Assembly (NCBI GenBank): GCA_965217585.1
Contig: OZ244561.1
Location: 4,864,001-4,928,000, forward strand
Length of the DNA stretch: 64,000 nt
Reading direction: 5' to 3'
Source: Candidatus Latescibacterota bacterium
Lineage (GTDB): Bacteria; Latescibacterota; UBA2968; UBA8231
The notes beneath the pieces were generated by a model that did no database searches, was not told where the DNA came from, and saw only the letters and a program-made list of their open reading frames with translations. The translations under genes and the position numbers were made by a program. The first letter of the stretch is position 1; every line of letters starts with the position of its first letter. This document shows, in pieces, positions 19,356-28,931 of this stretch.

Positions 19356-20234
19356 TTAGCCCATCACGCCGGCCGATTGGGCGCAGGTGGCGAAGAATTC
19401 GTCGGTTTGCTGTGCGATGCGCACTGGGGTTAGAGGTTTGATTTCGAGTACAGCATCCCCCTGAAAATTGATCGCCGCTAGGGCGTCGAGCAGGTAGCGC
19501 CAATCCGCTGCGGGTATTTTGCCGGTGCCCGGCATGGTGTGTAGGCGGCCGATGCCCACGTCATCGCCTAGCGCATCGCTGATGTGCAGGTGGCAAATGC
19601 GGTCTTGCAGCCGATCGACGTACTCTTTGAGGGGAAAGCGTTTGAATTTTTGCACGTGGGTCGTGTCGAGGCAGATTCCAAGGTCGGCAAAGCGCGCCAG
19701 CGCCCGCTGCAAAATGGACAGGTTCCACAACTCAGGATTTTCTTCTTGCTCGCCTTCGGATGCGTTTTCCAGCGCGATCTTGACGTTGTTCTGGCGCGCG
19801 TACTCCAGCACCTGGGCGGCAAAAGCGAAATCGGGATCGGGGCCATCGAGATAGAGATTGGCCGCGTGCACTACCAGGACCTGACTGCCCACTTGCGCCA
19901 CCGTGTCGATTTGGCGGTGGTAGCTCTCAATGGTATTGTCGCCGCCCGTGTGCCAACTCGAGCGCACGCCGCGCAGGATTTGCGCCAGCCGAGGCCGGTG
20001 CTCCTCGGCGTAGAGATCGAATTGTTGGGACACCAGAGCTTCCCGGGCGGGGCTCGTCCACTCCCAGCTAGCCCATTTGGGCCACAACTCAACGCCGTAG
20101 CCTGCGGCAGCCACTTCGTCGACGACTTTTGCCAGACTGTCCAAGCCGCGGTCTAGGGCAAAGCTGGTGCCGCCTTTTCTCAAGGGGAAATAGTGAATGT
20201 AATTCCACAGGCTGATGGAGATATTCAGTTGCAT
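19356..20234 (-). CDS. Sugar phosphate isomerase/epimerase (AP endonuclease 2 TIM barrel)
   Basis: IALEN, ICLDTTH, HLHISD, HTMPGTG, AVLEI. Confidence 0.85.
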   Translation of the reverse strand: MQLNISISLWNYIHYFPLRKGGTSFALDRGLDSLAKVVDEVAAAGYGVELWPKWASWEWTSPAREALVSQQFDLYAEEHRPRLAQILRGVRSSWHTGGDNTIESYHRQIDTVAQVGSQVLVVHAANLYLDGPDPDFAFAAQVLEYARQNNVKIALENASEGEQEENPELWNLSILQRALARFADLGICLDTTHVQKFKRFPLKEYVDRLQDRICHLHISDALGDDVGIGRLHTMPGTGKIPAADWRYLLDALAAINFQGDAVLEIKPLTPVRIAQQTDEFFATCAQSAGVMG

Positions 20235-20273
20235 GGGGCCTCTTTTCTCAAGTTGGTTTGCGGTGGTTAGCTA

Positions 20274-22214
20274 TTACCATCCGTGCATGCGGTGTCCCTC
20301 CGCTGGGAACCAGATCAGATCCACTACCATGGAAAAAACTACTCCGACCACATAACCGATGGCCAGGCCATAGAACAGGGGTTTACCGGCGATGTAGGCC
20401 TTGGCCCCGCCGTAGCGCAGCAGGGCTATTTTGACAATCCACACGATGAACAGACTGAACCAGTAGAGGCGGAGACCGAACGTGTGCTGGAAGGCCAGGC
20501 CGATGGGATGGAAGGGGAACCAGTGGAAATAGCCGCGCAGCAGGGCGATGAGCGCGGCTTCGCCAAAGCCGAAGAGCCACACCGCCCACTTGCCTGGGTC
20601 GGGCAGCATGGGGTTGTTGAGCAGATAAACCATGTCTTGGAAGATCCAGTTGGCTTTGCCGCCGAGGAAAAGCAGGCCGCCTCCATCATAGGCTAGGCTG
20701 ATCGTCTCGATGGCCAATACGACGAATCCGATGGGAAAGGCGATCAGGACCATTGCCGTCAGCCGCCCGGGCTGCCGCTCTAGGGAAAACAGGCGGAAGC
20801 AGTGAGGCAGAGCTGGCCAGGCCGGGATGCGGAAGGTGCCGAAGAAGGCATTGCTGGTGAATACCTTAAACGCCACTAGGCTGCGCGGCGACTGGAAGGC
20901 CGAACCGACTAGCTCGATGAGGAAGGAGTCGCCCTTGATATGGGGTTTGTTGGGCAAGAGATAGGCAAAGCCGGTGGCGGCGACGAGTTTGGCTATGACG
21001 AAGTAGGTCAGCGTCATCAGCAGGAAAGCGCCAATAGCCACGGGCAAGCTCATGCCCAGTTGCACTCCCCAGCCGATGACGCTGAGCGCCGACAGAATCA
21101 GGCCAGCCAAGGCCAGCCGGTAGAGCGCGACCTGACGTGGCTCGCCCTGGCCGCTGCGCACTTGGTGCCACACCTGACGCAAGTGGCGTCGGGCCAGCCA
21201 GATGGACCACAGGCCGATGAAGACTAGGGCGCCGTAGCTCTCCATGTAGATGATGTTTTGCGCCTCGGGCTGCTGGCCGGCGGCACCCACGGCAAAGCCA
21301 CCGATGGAAAAGCCGGTTCGCTTCATTATGGCGATCTTGAGCGCGGCCAGCAAGTGGAAAAAGATCAGGCTGCCGAGGATGTCCACCGGACACAAATAGG
21401 TCACGGCCATGATCAGCGGCAGAATGCGCACGGTCAGAAAAAAGTCCGGTGTCAAGTGAAGATCGTAGAATTTCCAGTAGAATTCGACGGGTGGCAGGCC
21501 TAGGGCGAAGTAGGTGGCGATATTGTAGAGTATGGGCAGGAAAACCAAGGCGAAGCCAATCCAGAAGACGGGCTTGCGAAATAGCTCGGGCCGTTGCTTG
21601 TCCTCAAAGCCACGGGTCAGGTCTAAGGGCATTTGCGCCAGTGGAAAGGTCAGCTTCTCGGCCTCAACCCACTGTTTGTGGAAAAGGGCGATTAGGCAGA
21701 AGCCGAAGACTACCATGCCCATAGAGACGCCGAGCCACTGGCCAATGGCACCGATCCACCCGTCCCAGGGAATGGAGCCCCCTTCGGGCAGGCCAAACCA
21801 AAACGGATCGATTACCCGGGGAGAGGGATTGGCAAAGACGTGCCAGGGAAGGTAGTGGAAAAGGGTCTCTTCCCACTGGTTCTCGGCCGTGGCGAAGTAA
21901 CTTGGTGACCCCATGATCGAGGTCCAATAGGTCATCCAGCCCAACTGCGGAATGGTACCCACTACCCAGAGCATGGAGAACAGGGTCAGCAATTCGCCGC
22001 GGCTGAGCGCTAGGCGCGGCCAGAGTGCCCTGAGCGCGGTATTGAGGAAGAGCCACAGCACAAAGGGCATGAACGTGGCCATGGGGAATTGCGAGTGGAC
22101 GTAGCTACCTATCCCTAGGCGCTGGCCAACGTTGACGATGTAGTAGAAGTTGGCGGCTATGGTCAGGGTGCCTAGGACAATAGCGCGCGCGGTGATCTGC
22201 GGCGAACCGCTCAT
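20274..22214 (-). CDS. Polytopic membrane protein, DUF6785/DUF6784 (OPT-like transporter)
   Basis: Many hydrophobic segments; QWVEAEKLTFPLAQ, WFPFHPIG, WIVKIALLRYGG, PLFYGL. Confidence 0.7.
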   Translation of the reverse strand: MSGSPQITARAIVLGTLTIAANFYYIVNVGQRLGIGSYVHSQFPMATFMPFVLWLFLNTALRALWPRLALSRGELLTLFSMLWVVGTIPQLGWMTYWTSIMGSPSYFATAENQWEETLFHYLPWHVFANPSPRVIDPFWFGLPEGGSIPWDGWIGAIGQWLGVSMGMVVFGFCLIALFHKQWVEAEKLTFPLAQMPLDLTRGFEDKQRPELFRKPVFWIGFALVFLPILYNIATYFALGLPPVEFYWKFYDLHLTPDFFLTVRILPLIMAVTYLCPVDILGSLIFFHLLAALKIAIMKRTGFSIGGFAVGAAGQQPEAQNIIYMESYGALVFIGLWSIWLARRHLRQVWHQVRSGQGEPRQVALYRLALAGLILSALSVIGWGVQLGMSLPVAIGAFLLMTLTYFVIAKLVAATGFAYLLPNKPHIKGDSFLIELVGSAFQSPRSLVAFKVFTSNAFFGTFRIPAWPALPHCFRLFSLERQPGRLTAMVLIAFPIGFVVLAIETISLAYDGGGLLFLGGKANWIFQDMVYLLNNPMLPDPGKWAVWLFGFGEAALIALLRGYFHWFPFHPIGLAFQHTFGLRLYWFSLFIVWIVKIALLRYGGAKAYIAGKPLFYGLAIGYVVGVVFSMVVDLIWFPAEGHRMHGW

Positions 22215-22217
22215 GGG

Positions 22218-23726
22218 CTACAGGGCCGTTGAAAACAGTTTAGCCCGCGCCAACTGGAACCGCAGCGAGACGTTCTGGCCCTTGAGCACCGACAGGTCGC
22301 TCCGGCCTTTCCAGGTCACTGTTCTGGCGATATGGTCCCCTTCCAGCACATCGCAATCTTCCAAGCCAAAACCTGCGAACTCCTCCAGCGGCGCAGCCGG
22401 CGTGGTCGGCCGATGCGCCAGCCCCACCTTGACCCAGCCGCCCTGCTGGGTGTGAAAGTTGAGCCGCAGTTCAACTCCCTCGCAGGGGCGTTCTACCGTG
22501 GAGAATCGCCCTTCGGTTGGCACCTCCAGAGCGACCAAACGATCCGGCTGCCACAAGGCCCAGCGGTACTCGCTTATGGGTTTGTCCACAGTGGACAGAA
22601 AGGCACCGCCGCCGTCGTGGCGCTGGTAATAACACAAGACGGGCAGCCCCCACTCGTCGCCGATGGGCACCAGATTGGGGCTGGCGTAGAGGGCACCGTA
22701 TTCTTCGCCGTGGATGTGGCACCCAATCACGGGCTGGCGCTCGGGGCGATGCCACAGCCAGCCATCGCGGCTGCTGGCCAGTTGGATGTCTAGGGTCGAA
22801 GAAAGCCGGTGATAGATAGTGGGAAACATCAGGTGGCGCTGGTTGCCCGGACAGCGACAGTAGCAGGAGGTGTACAGGTCCTCGTCCGGGGCGTCGTGGG
22901 CATCGACGGTAAGTACTAGCTGGGTGGGATGCCAGTTGCCGAATTGGTCGCCGCCAGTGCGTCGCACCGAGCGCCGTCGCTCCAAGTTGCCGCGCAGATA
23001 AGCCACGTACTCGCCGGTGTCCTCGTCGTAGGCAGCGATGTTCTGGGTGTCCAGTTGAGTGTGTTCTGCGTCGTAGAGAGGCTCGTCCAGCACGGTCCAG
23101 CGCAGCCCGTCCGGGGATACAGCACCGCGTAGCTGATGTCGTATATCGGCTTCGGCATCGATCTGCTCCGGGCTGTAGCCGTTCAGTTCCATAGCCCGGC
23201 GCACTTCGCGAATTTCCAGCTTGGTCTGGCGGTCGTTGGGCACGGGCTGGCCGCGGCGGTAGAGCTGGCCGCGGGCCTCAATGGCTTTGTAGCGCGCTTC
23301 CGGTGGTGCGGTTGGATCGCGGAAGAGAGAGTGGATGTCAAAGGTCTGGTGGTCTTGGATGATATTGTTGGCCGTCGAGCCTTGGTACTCGTACAGGCCC
23401 AGTTGGGGGAAGTCCCAGTTGAAGCCATCGGCACTCTCGGCGTAGCGGTTGAAGCAGCCCGATTGTTCCGCTGAGGTGCGCTGGTCGTACCATAGGCGCA
23501 GCCGACCTTCTTCGCGCAGCACCATCATGTGGCTGAGGCTGTTTTGCTCCCAGGGGGGATCCGGCCGCATGAAAACTTCGGATACGTGCGCCGGTTGTAC
23601 CTTGAGGCCGATGCCCTGCGGCGGATCTTGGAGCCAAGCGCGGCCATTTTCGTCGCGGCCTGCCTGTCCCGGCCAGATGCCGAACCAATCGAGGAATGGC
23701 TGAGGCACCAAAGGCGTTTCGCGCAT
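22218..23726 (-). CDS. Beta-propeller hydrolase-like protein (paralog 5)
   Basis: PPWE, YAESADGFNW, SPDGLRW, DTQN, SRDGWLWHRPER, TWKGRSDL; closest to 14171-15688. Confidence 0.75.
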   Translation of the reverse strand: MRETPLVPQPFLDWFGIWPGQAGRDENGRAWLQDPPQGIGLKVQPAHVSEVFMRPDPPWEQNSLSHMMVLREEGRLRLWYDQRTSAEQSGCFNRYAESADGFNWDFPQLGLYEYQGSTANNIIQDHQTFDIHSLFRDPTAPPEARYKAIEARGQLYRRGQPVPNDRQTKLEIREVRRAMELNGYSPEQIDAEADIRHQLRGAVSPDGLRWTVLDEPLYDAEHTQLDTQNIAAYDEDTGEYVAYLRGNLERRRSVRRTGGDQFGNWHPTQLVLTVDAHDAPDEDLYTSCYCRCPGNQRHLMFPTIYHRLSSTLDIQLASSRDGWLWHRPERQPVIGCHIHGEEYGALYASPNLVPIGDEWGLPVLCYYQRHDGGGAFLSTVDKPISEYRWALWQPDRLVALEVPTEGRFSTVERPCEGVELRLNFHTQQGGWVKVGLAHRPTTPAAPLEEFAGFGLEDCDVLEGDHIARTVTWKGRSDLSVLKGQNVSLRFQLARAKLFSTAL

Positions 23727-23909
23727 ACCGGACTCCTTTCAATAGGACTAGTACCAGATTGTATTCGAGCTGCCGCTTCGTCCCGCAGGGGGACCTGCAA
23801 AACAGTTAGGATATCAGTGGTTCAAATTGGTATAAAACCTGTGTTGTGGGAAGAAAGAACCTATTTTATGGTCGGCTACTGTATTGTCGCTTCCCGAATC
23901 ACATAGAAT

Positions 23910-25060
23910 ATGGCTCGCTTGGTTCTCTTTTTTTTTTTGCTGCCGCCACGAGTGCCCACGCTCAGGCTAGGGACGCTTCTGGGGCGGCGGCTATTGCCTA
24001 TCACAGCGCCAAGGTGCTCTTTGAGAAAGGCGACTTACAGGGCGCGGTGCAGTTCTATCACCGCGCCATTGAGCTCGACCCCCAGCGCCTCGCCGCTCAC
24101 CTCGATCTGGGCGTCGCCCTCTTTCAACTCGGCGATGCGGACGGTGCTCTGGCAGCATTCCGCACGGTCCTGCGCCTCGATCCCGAACACGCGCTAGCGC
24201 ACAGCTACCTAGGCAATGTGCTGTACAGCCGCCGGGATGTCGAGAGCGCGGTGCGGTCCTATCGCCGCGCCATTGAACTCGACCCCGCATTGGCTCAAGC
24301 CCACAGCGACCTAGGTGCCATCTTCTACGGACTGGGCGATGTGGAAGGGGCCATTGCCGCGTGCAGCCGGGCGGTCGAGCTCGAGCGCGACCATGTACAG
24401 GCGCGCTACAACTTGGGCTTGGCCTTCAAAAAAAAAGGCGATTCGGAGAAAGCGGTCCAATCCTTTCGGCGTGCCATGCAGGCCGATTCTACCTACGTTC
24501 CAGCCCGCTACAGTCTGGCTCTGCTGCTCTATGAGCGGGGCAATGCAGCAGAGGCCATCGCTCAGTACCACCAGATCATCGGCCTAGACCCCAAGCATAG
24601 CCGCGCCCACAACAATCTAGGCCACATCCTCTACAGCCGCGGTGATGTCATCGGTGCCATGGCGCTCTTGCAACGCGCCCTCGAACTAAACCCCGACTAC
24701 GCCCAGGCCCACTTCAATCTGGGCTTGGCCTGCAAAAAGCAGGGGCGGATCGACGAGGCAGTGCAATCGTTCGGTACTGCTCTGCGCCTGCGCCCGGGCC
24801 ATGTCCGCGCCTACAACCACCTAGGTGCCGCGCTCCACGCCCGCGGCGATAGGGGTGCTGCGGTCCAGGCCTACCAGCAGGCTATCCGCCTCAAGCCCGA
24901 CTTTGCTGGCCCGCGCTTTGGGCTGGCCACCATCCTGCAGGAGCAGGGCAATGAGGCGGCCGCCGTTCAGCAGTACCGTGCCATTATCAGTACCGGCGAC
25001 GATGAGCACTTACAGCGCATGGCGCAACAAATCCTCCGCGCTATGGGGGAAAAACCGTAG
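23910..25060 (+). CDS. Secreted TPR repeat protein, probably frameshifted at a T11 tract (alternative GTG start 23846)
   Basis: About 10 canonical TPRs (AHxxLG..A..LDP). ATG 23910 gives MARLVLFFF, which joins AAATSAHA-QA only if the T run is 9 or 12. Confidence 0.8.
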
Positions 25061-25062
25061 AT

Positions 25063-26781
25063 TCAGCGCTTTGCAGCGGCAATGCCCCGGCCTTCTTCTA
25101 CTACCACAAAACGATCCCCCGCCACTTGGGTGTATTGGTCGATTAAACCGCTGGGCCAGCGGATTTCTAGGGTATCCACTGCGACGCTCGGCCCTAGTCC
25201 AAAAGTGAGCCACAGACTGTTGTGCGATAGGTAGCTCGAGCCGGCGGTCACTTCTCTGAGCTGTTGCTGGCCGCTGGTGACTAGGCGCACTCTGGCACCG
25301 ATGCCGTCGCGGTTGCTGTTGATGCCCAAGGTACGGACGGTTAGCCAGTGATTGTCGCTGGCGGTGTCGTTGCGCAATAAGGTAGGCACGTCGTTTTTGT
25401 TGACCACGAAAAGATCCTCATCGCCGTCGCCATCGTAATCGCCGACAGCAGTGCCCCGGCTCGATTTGACGATCTGTAGGCCCGGCCCGGCTTGCGCGCT
25501 CAAATCGACGAAGGCGACACCATCGTTGCGGAAGAGATTGTTCTTCTGGGCGTAGCTCGACTGCGGAAAATAATCCTCTAGGGCAGCAGTGACGTGGCCG
25601 TTGGCAATGAAAATATCCAGGTCGCCGTCGCGGTCCCAGTCGAAGAGAGCCGTGCCCCACTGCAGCGGCATGAGGGTGGTGCGGGCGACGCCAGCGGCAA
25701 AGGAGATATTGGCGAAGGCGCGGCCGTCGTTGCGGTGGAGGGTGGTGGTCTGCCCTTCGTAATTGCTCACCGCTAGATCCAGATCGCCGTCGTTGTCCCA
25801 GTCGCCGGTGGCCAGACCCATGCTGCCCTCGGGCCGGCCATCAGCGTCGTAGGCCACGCCCAAGGCCAAGGCTTCTTCGGCAAAGGTACCGTCGTCTTGG
25901 TTGGTGTAGAGGAAATTGGGGGTGGCGTCGTTGGCCACGTAGAGGTCCAGATCGCCGTCGTCGTTCCAGTCCAGAAAGGTGGCTCCCAGCGCCTTGCCCG
26001 GGACGGCGTTGAGTCCGGCACCTGCGCTGACATCGGCGAACGCGCCGTTGCCGTCGTTGCGATACAGCACATCGGGCTGGCCAGCAAACGCTTCGGGCGA
26101 AGCTACGCTGGCCAGCCCGCGCTGGCCGCCGAAGAAACCGTCGCGCTGCTCGCCGGGCAGCAGGGTGGTCGCTGGATCGAAGACCACGTAATTGCCGGCA
26201 AAAAGGTCCAGGTCGCCGTCGTTGTCGTAGTCCCCGAAGGCGCAGGCCGTGCCGTAGCCATCGTCGTCTGCCCCGGCCAGTGCGCCGGTCTCGGCAAAGG
26301 TGCCGTCATCTTGATTGGCAAAGAGGAGGTTGGGGCCGTAGTAGGTGATGTATAGGTCGGAGTCGCCGTCGTTGTCGTAGTCCCCGGCCACACAGCCAGA
26401 GCCCCAGCCGCTAGCATCGGTACCGGTCTGTTTGCTGACATTGACGAAGGTGCCGCCGCCCCGATTGCGGAACAGGGCGTTATGCGGAACTTCGCCGTTG
26501 GCCGGAGGTCGCACGTCGCGCGGCAGATCGGCATAGCGCGCACCGGTAAAGCCTAGGCCGCCGTTGACGATGTATAGGTCGAGCCGACCGTCGCTGTCGT
26601 AGTCGAAAAAGGCGGCACCTGACCCGGTCGTCTCTAGGATCGTGAGGGCGTTGTTATTGCCGTACCAATTGCGGAAGGCCAGACCCGCCTCCTGGGTTAC
26701 ATCGGCGAAGCGGGGTTGGGCATTGCAGATGGCAGCGCCGAGGAGAGCGGCTAGGAGCAGTAAATTAATTGTTGGCGCCAG
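25063..26781 (-). CDS. CRTAC1-like FG-GAP repeat protein with C-terminal ASPIC/UnbV domain
   Basis: Repeated DYDNDGDxDL, SNRDGIGARV, GSSYLS, IRWPSG. Frame stays open 89 codons upstream of the called start, to a CTG 8 nt after GGAGG, and gives a signal peptide. Confidence 0.85.
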   Translation of the reverse strand: MAPTINLLLLAALLGAAICNAQPRFADVTQEAGLAFRNWYGNNNALTILETTGSGAAFFDYDSDGRLDLYIVNGGLGFTGARYADLPRDVRPPANGEVPHNALFRNRGGGTFVNVSKQTGTDASGWGSGCVAGDYDNDGDSDLYITYYGPNLLFANQDDGTFAETGALAGADDDGYGTACAFGDYDNDGDLDLFAGNYVVFDPATTLLPGEQRDGFFGGQRGLASVASPEAFAGQPDVLYRNDGNGAFADVSAGAGLNAVPGKALGATFLDWNDDGDLDLYVANDATPNFLYTNQDDGTFAEEALALGVAYDADGRPEGSMGLATGDWDNDGDLDLAVSNYEGQTTTLHRNDGRAFANISFAAGVARTTLMPLQWGTALFDWDRDGDLDIFIANGHVTAALEDYFPQSSYAQKNNLFRNDGVAFVDLSAQAGPGLQIVKSSRGTAVGDYDGDGDEDLFVVNKNDVPTLLRNDTASDNHWLTVRTLGINSNRDGIGARVRLVTSGQQQLREVTAGSSYLSHNSLWLTFGLGPSVAVDTLEIRWPSGLIDQYTQVAGDRFVVVEEGRGIAAAKR

Positions 26782-26807
26782 TGCCCTTGCCTCCCTCGGG
26801 TGCTAGT

Positions 26808-26841
26808 AAGAAGCCGTCTTGGAAAGACCCAAGACGGCTTC
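26808..26841 (-). terminator. Stem-loop after the FlgD-tailed gene
   Basis: GAAGCCGTCTTGG-N6-CCAAGACGGCTTC 13-bp perfect stem with a short T tail. Confidence 0.6.
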
Positions 26842-26893
26842 ATTAAGCCTGCAGGAGCAAATCCCCTGCGGTTTCGCTCTCGGTGCAGAGTCC

Positions 26894-28771
26894 TTATTTG
26901 AGGAAGGTCATCGCCCGCTTTTCGACGAACGAGCCCGCCTCCATGCGGTAGTAATAAACGCCGCTGGAGACCAGCTCGCCGCTGACATTGCGCGCATCCC
27001 AATCGGCCCGGTATTTGCCCGCGGTCATGGTCTGGTCGGCTAGGGTGGCCACTAGCTGCCCCACGGCATTAAAGACTTGCAACTTCACGTGTGCTTCGGC
27101 ATCGGGCACAGTAAACTCGATGACGGTGCTCGGATTGAAGGGGTTGGGAGTGGCATTGCCCAGACTATATGCGTCGGGGGTGTTGGCACCAGCCACCTCT
27201 AGCACAGCGGTGGCGGCGGCACCCAGCTTGCCCGAGGCCAAGGCCACAGGCGTATAGAGCAGCAGATGGGGGCCGTAGGGATTAGTGGCCTCGTCGTCCC
27301 CGTAGCCGTAGGAAAAGGTCTCTAAGCGCATGCCGTTTCTCGTATAGAGACCATCGTAGGGACCGCCCTCCTGCAATAGGTTGAAACGGGTACCCCCCGG
27401 CCGCATCCGGCCCCAACTGGCGGGGAATTCGAGTTCAAAGGCACAGGCACCGTCGCGTCCCAGCGCGCTTATGGTCGCTGCCCGGCTGCCGGCATTGATA
27501 AAGACGATGTTTCCGCTTTTGTCAGTAGTGACGCCCAAGTTGTTTATGGCGGAGCCGCCCAAGGCGCCGATGGCGGCGGCTTCTTCATTGGAAATACTGT
27601 CGCCGCACAAATCGCCGTTGCGGTTGGCCCACATCACATTGCCGTCGTGGTCCAGGCGCAGAATGTTTGGGAAGGCCCACGAAGAGACCCAGATGCCGTT
27701 GTCGGTCACCGAGATCTGAGCGGGACCTTCGCCGGTTATGCTCTCGTTGCCGTCATCATCGACTCTGAGCCTGTTGTAGAACTCGGTCACATCGAATGCT
27801 TGGGTGATTTCGCCAGTGGTCTTGTCGCGCACTTCAACGGCGTTGAAGGGCACCTCTTGCTTGCCCCAGAGGGCGTTGAACACCACATCGCCTCTGGGCT
27901 GAAATTCGACGATGCGGTCGCCGTTGGCATTGGGTGACTGGCCGTTGGTACCGAAGTCGGTGACCCGGTCCCAAGATTGGGCGGCGCGGTTAATGCGGAG
28001 TTTGTAGAGCCCGCCGAACTCTTCGCGGCGATGGGAGGTCCAAAAAATCTCTGGATCCTGATCGTCTATGCGCATCCCGCCTAGGGTGCGGGCACCCTCA
28101 AAGCCGAAGTCGAATTTCCAGCGCTCCCAGGCGTTGGGGTTGGCCAGATAGTCCGTGCCCAGGGTGCCGCGGACCATATCGCCGGCAGTGTGGCCCCGGT
28201 CGGGCACTTCGCGCTCGTACTCCTGGACCCAGATTTCGGGCGGGTCCTGCGAGGTGTCAATACTGGGGAAGGTAAACCCTGTGGGGCCTGCCCCAGGACC
28301 GGCCAGGACCGGTTTGTCGAGGTTGTTGACCGCGACCACATCGAATTCGTAGTCGCCGGCTCCCGCGGCATTGCCCTCCCAGTCGTCGCCGTCCCAAGAG
28401 ACGGTGCCATCACCGGATTCGGAGACCTGGCCCGGGGTGGTGGCGATGTACAGGTCTTGGGGCTCTAAGCGCAGCCAAGCACCGGCTGGCCCCCGCTCGC
28501 CGGTTTCGCCGCTGCCTTTGCGGTAGATCACTACCCAGACCGTGGCGCGCTGGTTAATGGTAAAGGGAATGTCCACGCTACCATTGCCGTCGTAGGCCAC
28601 ATCCTGAGTGGAAATGACCATTGGATTGAACTCGCCGGAAATATCAGGTAGTTCAAATGAGTCTCCATAGTCAGGGCCTTGGGGGAAGGTCTGCTCGTCC
28701 TGTGCCCACGCCGCACCGACGGCGAGTGCTGCTATTGACCAACTAATGGCCAAAATGCGCAATTTACGCAT
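26894..28771 (-). CDS. Secreted protein with N- and C-terminal FlgD-Ig-like domains (T9SS type A-like tail)
   Basis: Signal peptide AWA-Q; N-terminal WDGDDWEG..GDYEF; C-terminal TAV..YSLGNATPNPFNPSTVIEF..WDARN..SSGVYYYRM..MTFLK; RBS AAGGAGG. Confidence 0.85.
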   Translation of the reverse strand: MRKLRILAISWSIAALAVGAAWAQDEQTFPQGPDYGDSFELPDISGEFNPMVISTQDVAYDGNGSVDIPFTINQRATVWVVIYRKGSGETGERGPAGAWLRLEPQDLYIATTPGQVSESGDGTVSWDGDDWEGNAAGAGDYEFDVVAVNNLDKPVLAGPGAGPTGFTFPSIDTSQDPPEIWVQEYEREVPDRGHTAGDMVRGTLGTDYLANPNAWERWKFDFGFEGARTLGGMRIDDQDPEIFWTSHRREEFGGLYKLRINRAAQSWDRVTDFGTNGQSPNANGDRIVEFQPRGDVVFNALWGKQEVPFNAVEVRDKTTGEITQAFDVTEFYNRLRVDDDGNESITGEGPAQISVTDNGIWVSSWAFPNILRLDHDGNVMWANRNGDLCGDSISNEEAAAIGALGGSAINNLGVTTDKSGNIVFINAGSRAATISALGRDGACAFELEFPASWGRMRPGGTRFNLLQEGGPYDGLYTRNGMRLETFSYGYGDDEATNPYGPHLLLYTPVALASGKLGAAATAVLEVAGANTPDAYSLGNATPNPFNPSTVIEFTVPDAEAHVKLQVFNAVGQLVATLADQTMTAGKYRADWDARNVSGELVSSGVYYYRMEAGSFVEKRAMTFLK

Positions 28772-28931
28772 GGTGCCTCCTTGGTTTGAAGAAATAATAA
28801 ATGACTACCTTCAGCAAGATCAATAATGCATAACTCAATAAAAAATAAATAGTTTGTGACAGCCGTTCTTCGTAAGGAGATATGACTTTTAGGCGAGCCT
28901 GTCAAGCAGATTCTCCTCTTCCACATGGATA

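Noticed and set aside
25063-26781. Recurring GTCGCCGTCGTTGTC nucleotide repeats
   Set aside because: Explained by FG-GAP DxDNDGD coding repeats, not a DNA-level element.
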